A DNA stretch of 35,307 bases. Source: an uncultured Gammaproteobacteria bacterium (GTDB lineage Bacteria; Patescibacteriota; Patescibacteriia; UBA9934; GWF2-40-263). The stretch's first letter is position 1; each line of letters starts with the position of its first letter. The stretch lies in contig CAYRYG010000001.1 of assembly GCA_964428465.1 (NCBI GenBank), forward strand, positions 1 through 35,307, in the 5' to 3' direction. Below, piece after piece: positions 1 to 7,225 of this stretch. Made by a program: the position numbers and the translations under genes. The notes under the pieces are model-generated. The model was not told the origin of the DNA. It did not search any database and saw nothing but the letters and a program-made list of their open reading frames with translations.

Positions 1-1
1 G

Positions 2-520
2 CTCGGCGGGCTCACCCACCCGAACCCGCGCGCCTGGATCGCGGCCTACGCGCTCGCCTGGTGCGTGCGCGACCGCCTGCAGCACGCGGACCGCGAGGAC
101 ATGATCGACCGCCTGGTCGAACACCTCGACGGCCTCGAGCCGTACCACGACGACCGCGTGGCCGACCGCCTCCGGCTCCTGCGGCACCCGGCCACGCTCG
201 CGTCCGCCGAGGCGCTGCGCGAGTCCGTCGGTACGAGCTGCTACGCCATCGAGTCCGTCCCCTTCGCGATCGGCTCCTTCCTGCGCCACCCCGCCGACAT
301 CCGGACGGGCGCGCTCGAGGTGCTGAACGCGGGCGGCGACACGGACACCAACGTCGGCATGTACGCGCAGCTCGCCGGCGCGGACCAGGGCGTCGACGCC
401 ATCCCCTGGGACTGGCGCGAGCAGATCCCCGACGCGCGCCAGGCGCTCGCCATCGGCACGGCGCTCGGGCGTATGGTGATCCACAACGGCTTCGCCTACC
501 TTCACGAGCACTTCGTCTGA
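2..520 (+). CDS. ADP-ribosylglycohydrolase family protein, C-terminal part (5' end outside window)
   Basis: Frame 2 is open from the window edge to TGA 518-520. The translation carries the ARH/DraG-type signature NAGGDTDTN followed by AIPWDW. The listed ORF 65..520 is only the Met-initiated portion. Confidence 0.8.
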   Translation, partial: LGGLTHPNPRAWIAAYALAWCVRDRLQHADREDMIDRLVEHLDGLEPYHDDRVADRLRLLRHPATLASAEALRESVGTSCYAIESVPFAIGSFLRHPADIRTGALEVLNAGGDTDTNVGMYAQLAGADQGVDAIPWDWREQIPDARQALAIGTALGRMVIHNGFAYLHEHFV

Positions 521-524
521 CCCT

Positions 525-580
525 GGGAAGCGCCCGCTTCCCTCTTTGCCCGGGACCCCCACGCGGTTGTGGGGAGTCCG
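525..580 (+). promoter_or_regulatory. intercistronic module IE1 (hairpin A - CTCTTTGCC box - hairpin B)
   Basis: GGGAAGCG-cc-CGCTTCCC (525-542), box 542-550, then GGACCCCCAC-gcggtt-GTGGGG(a)GTCC (553-579). Confidence 0.6.
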
Positions 581-614
581 GAAAAAGACAACGCCCTTTT
601 GACACGGAGATACG

Positions 615-1907
615 ATGGCCCTGATCGACGCCGGTCTCGTCAAGCTGACGACCGAGTGGATTCTCACGTCCCTCGCGGACGTGGACGTCTACAAGATCTA
701 CATGCTGCAGCTCTACTTCCTGAAGCACCGCGCGGTGCGCGGGAAGTACGGGTTCAAGAACCGCACCATCCGGGTGCCGCTCGGCAGGACGCTCGACATC
801 GAGGAGATCCGCCGCCAGCTCGAGCACGCGCGCGATCTGCGGTTCACGGACGAGGTCATCCGATTCCTCGAGCTCGTGAGCGCGCAGCGCGGCGGCCTCT
901 TCCGCCCCGAGTTCCTCGAGTTCCTTCGGACGCTCCAGCTCTCACCGATCCACGTTTCCCTCTCGGAAGACGGCTCCCAGCTCGTCATCGAGACCGAGGA
1001 GGCGCCGCTCGTCGAGGCGATGCTCTGGGAGACGCTCGTCATGAACGTCGTCAACCGGATGTACTTCCTCGACAAGATGCGCGAGGAAGGCAAGACGGAG
1101 GACGACGCCTGGGCCGAGGGCGACCGGCGGCTTACCGCGAAGATCGCGAAGCTCAGGGAAGCGCTCGCGCGCGGCGTCCGCGTCCCGTTCATCGACTTCG
1201 GCACGCGCCGCCGGTGGTCGCTGGCCTGGCAGGAACACGTGCTCCGTCGCCTCATGGCGGAGGTGCCCGAGATCCTCATGGGCACGAGCAACGTGCTGCT
1301 CGCGACGAAGCTGGGAATCCCCGTGGTCGGCACCATGGCGCACGAATGCGACATGGCCTACCAGGGCATCTACCGCGCCGAAGACGACGCGGCGGGCCGC
1401 CTCGTGTCGCACGAGATCATGCTCGATGACTGGGCCGAGATCTACGGCGACAGGCTGTCGATCGCGCTGTCCGACACCTACGGCAGCGAGTATTTCTTCC
1501 GGACGTTCGGCGCCGAGCGCGCGGCGTTCTGGAAGGGCCTGCGCCAGGACTCGGGCGACGTCTACGACTGGGGCGAGCGATTCATCCGCTTCTACCTGGA
1601 CTTCGACATCGACCCGCGCACCAAGTCCGCGGTGTTCTCCGACGGCCTGGACGTCGACAAGATGATCGGCCTCGCCGAGCGGTTCGGCGGGCGGACGAAC
1701 ATCCTGTTCGGCTGGGGTACCGACCTCATGAACGACATGGGGTTCGACCCGCTGTCGATCGTCGTGAAGCTGATCTGGTGCGCGGGACACTGGCTCGTGA
1801 AGCTCTCCGACAACCTGAAGAAGGCCACCGGCCCCGCGGAGGCGGTCGAGCGCGTCACGCGTCTCTCCGACTACACCAACACCGCGGCCGAAGAGTGCCG
1901 CGTCTGA
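615..1907 (+). CDS. pncB: nicotinate phosphoribosyltransferase (Preiss-Handler step 1)
   Basis: 430 aa with PncB-type motifs DFGTRRR, GTSN, GTMAHE, SDTYG, RQDSGD, GWGT and KLSDN..KATG. GGAG lies 5 nt before the ATG. Confidence 0.9.
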   Translation: MALIDAGLVKLTTEWILTSLADVDVYKIYMLQLYFLKHRAVRGKYGFKNRTIRVPLGRTLDIEEIRRQLEHARDLRFTDEVIRFLELVSAQRGGLFRPEFLEFLRTLQLSPIHVSLSEDGSQLVIETEEAPLVEAMLWETLVMNVVNRMYFLDKMREEGKTEDDAWAEGDRRLTAKIAKLREALARGVRVPFIDFGTRRRWSLAWQEHVLRRLMAEVPEILMGTSNVLLATKLGIPVVGTMAHECDMAYQGIYRAEDDAAGRLVSHEIMLDDWAEIYGDRLSIALSDTYGSEYFFRTFGAERAAFWKGLRQDSGDVYDWGERFIRFYLDFDIDPRTKSAVFSDGLDVDKMIGLAERFGGRTNILFGWGTDLMNDMGFDPLSIVVKLIWCAGHWLVKLSDNLKKATGPAEAVERVTRLSDYTNTAAEECRV

Positions 1908-1967
1908 CGAGAACGTCTCGTCTCTTTTCTCCAGGCCCCGAGCACATCGCGTGTTCGAGGCCTGGAG
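1906..1967 (+). promoter_or_regulatory. intercistronic module IE2
   Basis: GACGAGA-acg-TCTCGTC (1906-1922, overlapping the pncB stop), TCTTTTCTCC box, then a long hairpin CTCCAGGCC...GGCCTGGAG (1929-1967). Confidence 0.6.
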
Positions 1968-1988
1968 CCGAAGACTGGGAGAACGAAC

Positions 1989-3035
1989 GTGCCCCCTTCC
2001 AACATCCTCATCGCCGTCGACGCGCCGGACCCGGACAACTTCGCCCTGGTCGTCGCGCTCAAGCGGCTGTACCCGAACGCCAGGCTGTGGGTGATGCTGA
2101 CGGGACGCCCCGTCCGCTTCAACGCCTCGCCCGAGCACCAGCTCTGGGACTGGGACATTCGCGACTCGCGGATGGCGCTCGAGGCCTCCGCCGCGCGGCT
2201 CCGGAACTTCGTGCGCCACTACGGCGTCCGGATCCCGGAGGTGTACGACGGCGGGATCGCCCCGCGTACCCTCATCCCGCACCACGTCCACTTCGCGGAC
2301 TACTACCGCTACCTGGACGTCGACCCGCTCGCGGCCATCGCGCACAGCGAGCTGGTGCCGCAGGAGGACCTGGTGCGCGAGCTGCTCGCCGTCCCGGAGG
2401 GATCGGTGATGGTCGCCATCGGCGGCCCCATGACCGGCCTGGCGCAGCTCATCGCCCGCCACCCGGCCGTGGCGTCGCGCTTCCGCGAGGTGCACGCGAT
2501 GTTCGCCACCTGGGGGAAGGTCGAGCTCATGCAGTTCGACGGCCCGCCGCGCGGCGCCCTGCAGTTCAACGTCGCGTGCGACCCGCAGGCCGCGTACCAC
2601 GTGCTCATGGGGCTCGCCTGCCCCGTGTACTTGCTGCCGTCGGAGGTGACGCGCGTGCAGGGCATCGGGTTCCAGAACGCGCAGGCGCTGATGGGCGCGA
2701 TCGAAAGCACGCCTGGCAACCAGCGGCTGTACCTGCTCTACTGCGCGTGGTACGACGCCGCGGTCAAGCCGCGCCAGGACCGGAACCCGAACGAGCTCAT
2801 CTTCATCCACGACCTGTCGGCCGGCTTCTCCGCGGATCCCGCGATCCGCGCCGACGTGTACGACATGGTGCCGGTGGAGATCACCTCGGTTCCCCACCTC
2901 CCCGCCGAGGCGGCGGACTGGGGCAAGGTGCTGATGCGCGAGACCGCGTCGCCCGGCAACCGCTTCGCGGCGAAGGGCCTCGTTCCGGGCGGCGAGAGCG
3001 CGTACCTCCACCACCTCCGCGCGCTCGTGCGCTGA
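1989..3035 (+). CDS. inosine/uridine-preferring nucleoside hydrolase-like protein (divergent, paralog 1)
   Basis: GTG start preceded by GGGAGA. It has an N-terminal Asp cluster IAVDAPDPDNF, GGPMTGLAQLI (compare GPLTNLA) and FNVACDPQAA (compare EFNixxDPEAA). The usual DD is replaced by DN. Confidence 0.6.
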   Translation: MPPSNILIAVDAPDPDNFALVVALKRLYPNARLWVMLTGRPVRFNASPEHQLWDWDIRDSRMALEASAARLRNFVRHYGVRIPEVYDGGIAPRTLIPHHVHFADYYRYLDVDPLAAIAHSELVPQEDLVRELLAVPEGSVMVAIGGPMTGLAQLIARHPAVASRFREVHAMFATWGKVELMQFDGPPRGALQFNVACDPQAAYHVLMGLACPVYLLPSEVTRVQGIGFQNAQALMGAIESTPGNQRLYLLYCAWYDAAVKPRQDRNPNELIFIHDLSAGFSADPAIRADVYDMVPVEITSVPHLPAEAADWGKVLMRETASPGNRFAAKGLVPGGESAYLHHLRALVR

Positions 3036-3042
3036 ACATCCT

Positions 3043-3097
3043 GCGACCCGAGCGGTCGCCTCTTTCCCACGAACGACGAATCCATCGCCGTTCGTGG
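3043..3097 (+). promoter_or_regulatory. intercistronic module IE3
   Basis: GCGACC-cgagc-GGTCGC (3043-3059), CTCTTTCCC box, then CCACGAACG-13 nt-CGTTCGTGG (3067-3097), followed by AAGGAG. Confidence 0.6.
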
Positions 3098-3115
3098 CCA
3101 AGGAGATTGGCACTC

Positions 3116-4309
3116 ATGACCACGCTCTCTCTGCTCGTACCTTCCCCCGCCGCGGACCGGATCGCCGCCGCCATGCGCGACCTCCCGTCCCGACTCCGGT
3201 GGCCCGGAACCGTCGGCTTCGAGGACAACACCCAGACCCCCGAGACCGAGTCGATGGGCGCCAAGCTCGTCGTCGGCGGGTCCGAGTGGACCATCCGCTG
3301 CAACCGCGCGGACATCCTCGTCGGCACGACGTTCCGCGACGATCCGACCCTGTCGCTCGTCGCCGCCGTGGACGTGTCCTGGTCGCCCGCGCTCGACGCC
3401 GAGGCCGGCGCGCTCTACGCGGTGCCGGCCTTCCGCGGCATCGAGGTGGTCGACGGCCCCGGGTCGCTCGACGACCTCTGCGCCGCGGTCGGCTTCGGCC
3501 GGCGCAAGATCACCGATGTCCCCGCGCGCCCCGACCCGGTCGAGGTGAGCATCAACGGGACGCCCGTCCCGGTCGAGGCGGCCCCCGGCGTCACCCCCAA
3601 GCAGTTCGAGAAGGCGCTCGCCTCCCCGAAGTTCACCGACTGGGTGGCGTCCGTCGACCCCGGCCTCACGGTGAAGCGGGTCACCATCCAGTCGGTCGAC
3701 CTGTTCGGGCCGAACGTGGGGTTCCTGAAGATCGTCGCCGACGTGTCGAAGGACGGCGCGTTCGTCCCCGGCATCTCGTTCATCCGCGGCGACTCGGTGG
3801 GAATCCTGGTCGTGCTGGTCTGCGACGACCGCGAGTACCTGCTGCTCACCGTGCAGCCGCGCTCCTCCGTCGGCAGCTCCGGCTTCGTCGAGATCCCCGC
3901 GGGGATGATGGACGGCTCGGGCAACTTCGTGGGCCAGGCCGCCAAGGAGCTCGGCGAGGAGGCCGAGATCCGCATCACCGAGGGCGACCTCACGGACCTC
4001 TCCACCGCGATCGCGCGGACCGAGGAGGACTTCAACGCGCCCGTGAGCTACGCGCTCTCCCCGGGCGGCTGCGACGAGTGCATGCGGTTCTTCGTCCACC
4101 GCAGGAGCGTCACCCGCGCGGAGCTCGCCGCGCTCGAGGGCAAGGCCACCGGCCTGCTCGAGGAGGGCGAGGTCATCACGCTCAAGGTGGTCCCGCTCGA
4201 CGGCCGGATCCGCCGCATCCCCGACGGCAAGACCCAGATCGCCGTCGGGCTGTACCAGGAGATCCGCACCCTCGAGATGCTCGGGTCCCAGATCCTGACC
4301 ACGCACTGA
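3116..4309 (+). CDS. ADP-sugar/ADP-ribose pyrophosphatase (NUDX14-like Nudix domain) fused to an unknown ~165-aa N-terminal domain
   Basis: ATG 3116 follows AAGGAG (3100-3105). Residues ~165-397 resemble plant NUDX14-type enzymes (VDLFGPNVGFLKIVADV..., VEIPAGMMDGSGNFVGQAAKELGEEAEI). The upstream part of listed ORF 1778..4309 overlaps two other genes and is not coding. Confidence 0.75.
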   Translation: MTTLSLLVPSPAADRIAAAMRDLPSRLRWPGTVGFEDNTQTPETESMGAKLVVGGSEWTIRCNRADILVGTTFRDDPTLSLVAAVDVSWSPALDAEAGALYAVPAFRGIEVVDGPGSLDDLCAAVGFGRRKITDVPARPDPVEVSINGTPVPVEAAPGVTPKQFEKALASPKFTDWVASVDPGLTVKRVTIQSVDLFGPNVGFLKIVADVSKDGAFVPGISFIRGDSVGILVVLVCDDREYLLLTVQPRSSVGSSGFVEIPAGMMDGSGNFVGQAAKELGEEAEIRITEGDLTDLSTAIARTEEDFNAPVSYALSPGGCDECMRFFVHRRSVTRAELAALEGKATGLLEEGEVITLKVVPLDGRIRRIPDGKTQIAVGLYQEIRTLEMLGSQILTTH

Positions 4310-4324
4310 CGCACCTTTCACCTT

Positions 4325-4381
4325 GGCGACCCCATGGTCGCCTCTTTCTCCCGGCCGCCCTCGTCATGAGGACGTTCGGGA
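4325..4381 (+). promoter_or_regulatory. intercistronic module IE4
   Basis: GGCGACC-ccat-GGTCGCC (4325-4342), TCTTTCTCCC box, then an imperfect hairpin TCCCG...CGGGA (4349-4381). Confidence 0.55.
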
Positions 4382-4415
4382 CAGAAGAACGCAGCAACCT
4401 TCAAGGAGCCGCCCA

Positions 4416-5555
4416 ATGGCTCGCGTCATCCCTCCGTGGCTCGAGGTCATCCCCCTCGTCCGCTCGCTCCTCGTCATCATGGATCCCGGCCGGGACCAGG
4501 ACGACGAGGACACGCTGGTCGCCCTCAACCGCTTCGTGCGGATGGGCCTCATGGACGTGCTCGGCGTGGTGGCGAACCTCGCGCCGTCCGCCAACCGCGC
4601 GCGCCTGGCCCGCGGTACGCTCGACACGCTCGGCCTGCCCGAGATCCCGGTCGGCATCGGCACGGGCTGCACGCAGCCCGACGACGACGGCATGGCCTAC
4701 CAGTGGGCCGTCAGCTACCTGTCCCCCGAGGACGCGGTGGTGGACGGCAAGACCCTTCTGCGTCGCACCCTCGAGGGCGCGCAGCCTGGGCAGATCGTGC
4801 TCGTGCTGCTCTCCGGGCTCACCGACGCCTACGAGATCATGCGCGAGGAGCCGGCGCTGTTCGCGTCGCGCGTCCGCCGCGTGGTGTTCATGGGCGGCGT
4901 CGAGGCGAGCGGCGACAGCGTGAAGGTGTACAAGGACGGCCGGTTCCGCCCGGACCCGACCGCCCAGAACGTGAAGTTCGACACCGACTCCGCGGGCGTG
5001 CTGTACAAGCAGCTCCAGCTCATGGGCATCCCCATGACGATCCTCACCCGCCACGCCGCCGCGGCCGCCAAGGTGCCGCGCGCCATCTACGACGAGATGG
5101 CCGACACCGGGCACCCGGTCGGCGTCCGGCTGCGCGAGGCGCAGAAGACGGCCATCGAGGAGCTCTGGCGCCGCGCCAACCTCCCGGACGGCCACGCGGA
5201 CCGCATGGGCCTGCCGGGCCGGTGCAACGCCGCCTGGTTCCGCGGGGCGTTCCTCGGCGGCCAGGGCGACGACCGCGGCGCGGACGACGGCATCTGGGAC
5301 CTCGTGCAGACGTTCATGCTGTACGACCCCATGACGCTATTCGCCGCCGTTCCGTCGCTGCGCGAGTACTTCTTCGAGCCCGAGGTGATCGAGGTGTGCG
5401 ACGCGAACGGCCACCCGGTCGAGCACCTGGTCATCGGCGTCTCCGCCGCGCGCCACGGCGTCTCGCATCCCGAGGAGCTCGCCTCGTACCTCACGAAGGC
5501 GCTCGTCGAGAGCCTCCAGATGTCGATCGCCGAGCCGGAGCGCCAGCGCGCCTGA
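4416..5555 (+). CDS. inosine/uridine-preferring nucleoside hydrolase-like protein (divergent, paralog 2)
   Basis: ATG 4416 follows AAGGAG. It has an N-terminal VIMDPGRDQDDED Asp cluster (DxDxGxDD-like), LSGLTDAYEI...VVFMGG and NVKFDTDSAG, which together resemble the IUNH fold. Confidence 0.6.
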   Translation: MARVIPPWLEVIPLVRSLLVIMDPGRDQDDEDTLVALNRFVRMGLMDVLGVVANLAPSANRARLARGTLDTLGLPEIPVGIGTGCTQPDDDGMAYQWAVSYLSPEDAVVDGKTLLRRTLEGAQPGQIVLVLLSGLTDAYEIMREEPALFASRVRRVVFMGGVEASGDSVKVYKDGRFRPDPTAQNVKFDTDSAGVLYKQLQLMGIPMTILTRHAAAAAKVPRAIYDEMADTGHPVGVRLREAQKTAIEELWRRANLPDGHADRMGLPGRCNAAWFRGAFLGGQGDDRGADDGIWDLVQTFMLYDPMTLFAAVPSLREYFFEPEVIEVCDANGHPVEHLVIGVSAARHGVSHPEELASYLTKALVESLQMSIAEPERQRA

Positions 5556-5568
5556 CCGTACCTTCCCT

Positions 5569-5630
5569 GTGATCCTTCGGGATCACTCTTTCCTCGAGAA
5601 CCGGACCGAGCCGTTCGGTCGGGTCCTCGA
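5569..5630 (+). promoter_or_regulatory. intercistronic module IE5
   Basis: GTGATCC-ttcg-GGATCAC (5569-5586), exact TCTTTCCTCGAG (5587-5598), then a long imperfect hairpin TCGAG...CTCGA (5594-5630). Confidence 0.6.
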
Positions 5631-5644
5631 TGGGAGAAGCCAGC

Positions 5645-5890
5645 ATGGCCGACAACTACGTTTTGGACAGCGACGGCTGCGGGACGCACTGCGACGACTG
5701 CGGCCATCCGGTGTGCCAGTGCGGTCGCATCGCCAGAAGCCAGCTGTTCGTCCAGCACTACGTGCTCGACTCCGACGGCTGCGGGTCCACCTGCGCCACC
5801 TGCGGCAAGGCCTGGACCGTCTGCTCCTGCCCGCACGCCGCGGACACGCGCCGCGGGCTCCTGGAGGAACTCGCCTCAACTGGGACGTAA
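5645..5890 (+). CDS. 81-aa Cys-rich mini-protein with an internal tandem duplication (YVLDSDGCGxxCxxCG...CxC, two copies)
   Basis: ATG 5645 follows GGGAGA. Ten Cys fall in two 22-24 aa repeats offset by 34 aa, each containing C-x3-C-x2-C. The gene sits in the same regular spacing and intercistronic module pattern as its neighbours. Confidence 0.6.
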   Translation: MADNYVLDSDGCGTHCDDCGHPVCQCGRIARSQLFVQHYVLDSDGCGSTCATCGKAWTVCSCPHAADTRRGLLEELASTGT

Positions 5891-5937
5891 CCGAGCGTCC
5901 CCTCTTTCCCCAAGCCGCCGAGACCTCTCCGCGGCTT
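5882..5937 (+). promoter_or_regulatory. intercistronic module IE6
   Basis: GGGACG-8 nt loop containing the TAA stop-CGTCCC (5882-5901), CTCTTTCCCC box, then AAGCCGC-12 nt-GCGGCTT (5912-5937). Confidence 0.6.
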
Positions 5938-5968
5938 AGGACGAAGACACCACACATCGGGGAGCAAG

Positions 5969-7135
5969 ATGCTCTTAGCACTCACGGCGTCCACCCAGGG
6001 CAAGAACCTCTTCGTGGACGGGATTCCTGGCCGCGGCACGGTCCAGGTGACCGAGGCGGAAATCGCCGCCGGGCTGTTCCTCGACAAGGAGCGGATCTTG
6101 CGCGTCGTTGCGCGGATCGACGGCCGCTCAACGGTCATCGAGGTCGTGGACGCGGACGGTGACACGCTCGCTCGCGCCCAGTCGCGCGGAAGGCGCGCCA
6201 CGCTCTCGTTCCGCCTGCCCAAGGCAACGGCCCTCGGCGACGCCGAGAAGGACCTCCTGCGCCAGCACGGCCGCGTGTACCGCGACGGCGACGCCACGGT
6301 CGTCGAGGTCATGGGCAAGGCCTGGCTCCTCAACGAGCCCGGCGTGACCTGCGCGAACCCGACCGCGCCGGAGCCGGACCGCGTCTACCGGAAGGTCTTC
6401 GCCAAGAAGAAGATCTACCTCCCGGACGAGTACGACCGCGCGGTCGCGGAGTGCCTGTCCGGCCGGGACGTGTTCGTCCTCGGCATGAACGGGTACAGCG
6501 CCATCAAGCCCGAGAAGTGCCGTGAGTACGGCATCGACCCGGGCGCGTACGAGATCGCGTGCGAGGAGCTGCTGGAGTTCGCCATCAGGTCGCTTCGGAC
6601 GGCGTTCCCGGACATCAGCGTCCGGGTGATCCACGGCTCGTCCGCGATGGGCGTGGACCTGGCGATCCAGCGCTGCGCGAGGCGGGTGCTGCGCGACAGC
6701 GAGCTGGGGTTCTCCTGCCCCGAGTACCTGTTCTACGTCCAGGACGACTCGTACCCCGTGTACGTCGCATCCAGCGTCCACGACTACTCGCAGTCGTTCG
6801 TGCGCTCGTGCAACGTGCTCATCGCGGCGAACGGTCGGCTCCAGGCCTTCCGCATGGACATCGCCGCCGTGTTCGAGCACGACAAGTACCTCATCCCGGT
6901 GAACGTGATCAAGCTGATCTCGCGCACCGGTTCCCCGGCGGCCAAGAACGCGCTGGGGCAGATCGAGGACGCGGTCGCGCACTACGAGCAGCGGGTGTTC
7001 CAGGTCGGCAAGCAGGTGACCGAGGGTACCGCGGCCGACCGCTGGAAGGCGACCGGCTCGGAGGTGCGCGACGTGCTCGTCAACATCGCCCGCCACGTCC
7101 TTCCCAAGGAGATCTCCTGGAAGCTCGGCGCCTAG
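5969..7135 (+). CDS. hypothetical protein; C-terminal half possibly a DprA/SLOG-like Rossmann nucleotide-binding fold
   Basis: 388 aa, ATG after GGGGAG. The motifs VFVLGMNGYS, VIHGSSAMGVDLAIQRCA and VLIAANGRLQAF resemble DprA/YpsA-type GxxxxG(I/V)DxxAxxxA plus a later strand-Gly motif. I do not recognise the N-terminal ~170 aa. Confidence 0.65.
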   Translation: MLLALTASTQGKNLFVDGIPGRGTVQVTEAEIAAGLFLDKERILRVVARIDGRSTVIEVVDADGDTLARAQSRGRRATLSFRLPKATALGDAEKDLLRQHGRVYRDGDATVVEVMGKAWLLNEPGVTCANPTAPEPDRVYRKVFAKKKIYLPDEYDRAVAECLSGRDVFVLGMNGYSAIKPEKCREYGIDPGAYEIACEELLEFAIRSLRTAFPDISVRVIHGSSAMGVDLAIQRCARRVLRDSELGFSCPEYLFYVQDDSYPVYVASSVHDYSQSFVRSCNVLIAANGRLQAFRMDIAAVFEHDKYLIPVNVIKLISRTGSPAAKNALGQIEDAVAHYEQRVFQVGKQVTEGTAADRWKATGSEVRDVLVNIARHVLPKEISWKLGA

Positions 7136-7148
7136 CCCGGCTCCCCGT

Positions 7149-7204
7149 CGTGTCCGCCCGGACACGGCCTCTTTCCTCGAGCCGCCGAATCGTCGGCGTC
7201 TCGA
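7149..7204 (+). promoter_or_regulatory. intercistronic module IE7
   Basis: CGTGTCC-gccc-GGACACG (7149-7166), exact TCTTTCCTCGAG (7170-7181), then TCGAG-c-CGCCGA-atcg-TCGGCG-t-CTCGA (7177-7204). Confidence 0.6.
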
Positions 7205-7225
7205 TCCAAGGAGCTCGAACCTTTC

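Noticed and set aside
598-603. TTGACA hexamer inside the first intercistronic spacer, as a possible internal promoter
   Set aside because: It lies only 11 nt from the pncB ATG and no -10 element follows. No comparable hexamer occurs in the other seven spacers.
942-3113. 723-aa ORF on the minus strand opposite pncB and nucleoside hydrolase 1
   Set aside because: The translation is Arg/Gly/Ala/Pro/Val-rich and low in complexity, with no motifs. It is antisense to two genes with clear family signatures and is a typical high-GC shadow ORF.
3116-3610. N-terminal domain of the Nudix protein as a NadM-type NMN adenylyltransferase (known NadM-Nudix fusions exist)
   Set aside because: No GxFxPxHxGH / (H/T)xGH or ISSTxxR-like motif is visible in these 165 residues.
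2738-4321. 527-aa minus-strand ORF, and the 609-aa plus-strand ORF 3094..4923 in an alternative frame
   Set aside because: Same shadow-ORF character (runs of R, G, P, A and D). They overlap the Nudix and IUNH-like genes, which have recognisable motifs and SD sites.
5630-5644. Upstream ATG 5630 as the start of the Cys-rich mini-protein
   Set aside because: ATG 5630 overlaps the GGGAGA SD-like sequence. ATG 5645 has the proper 7-nt spacing, so the shorter form is preferred.
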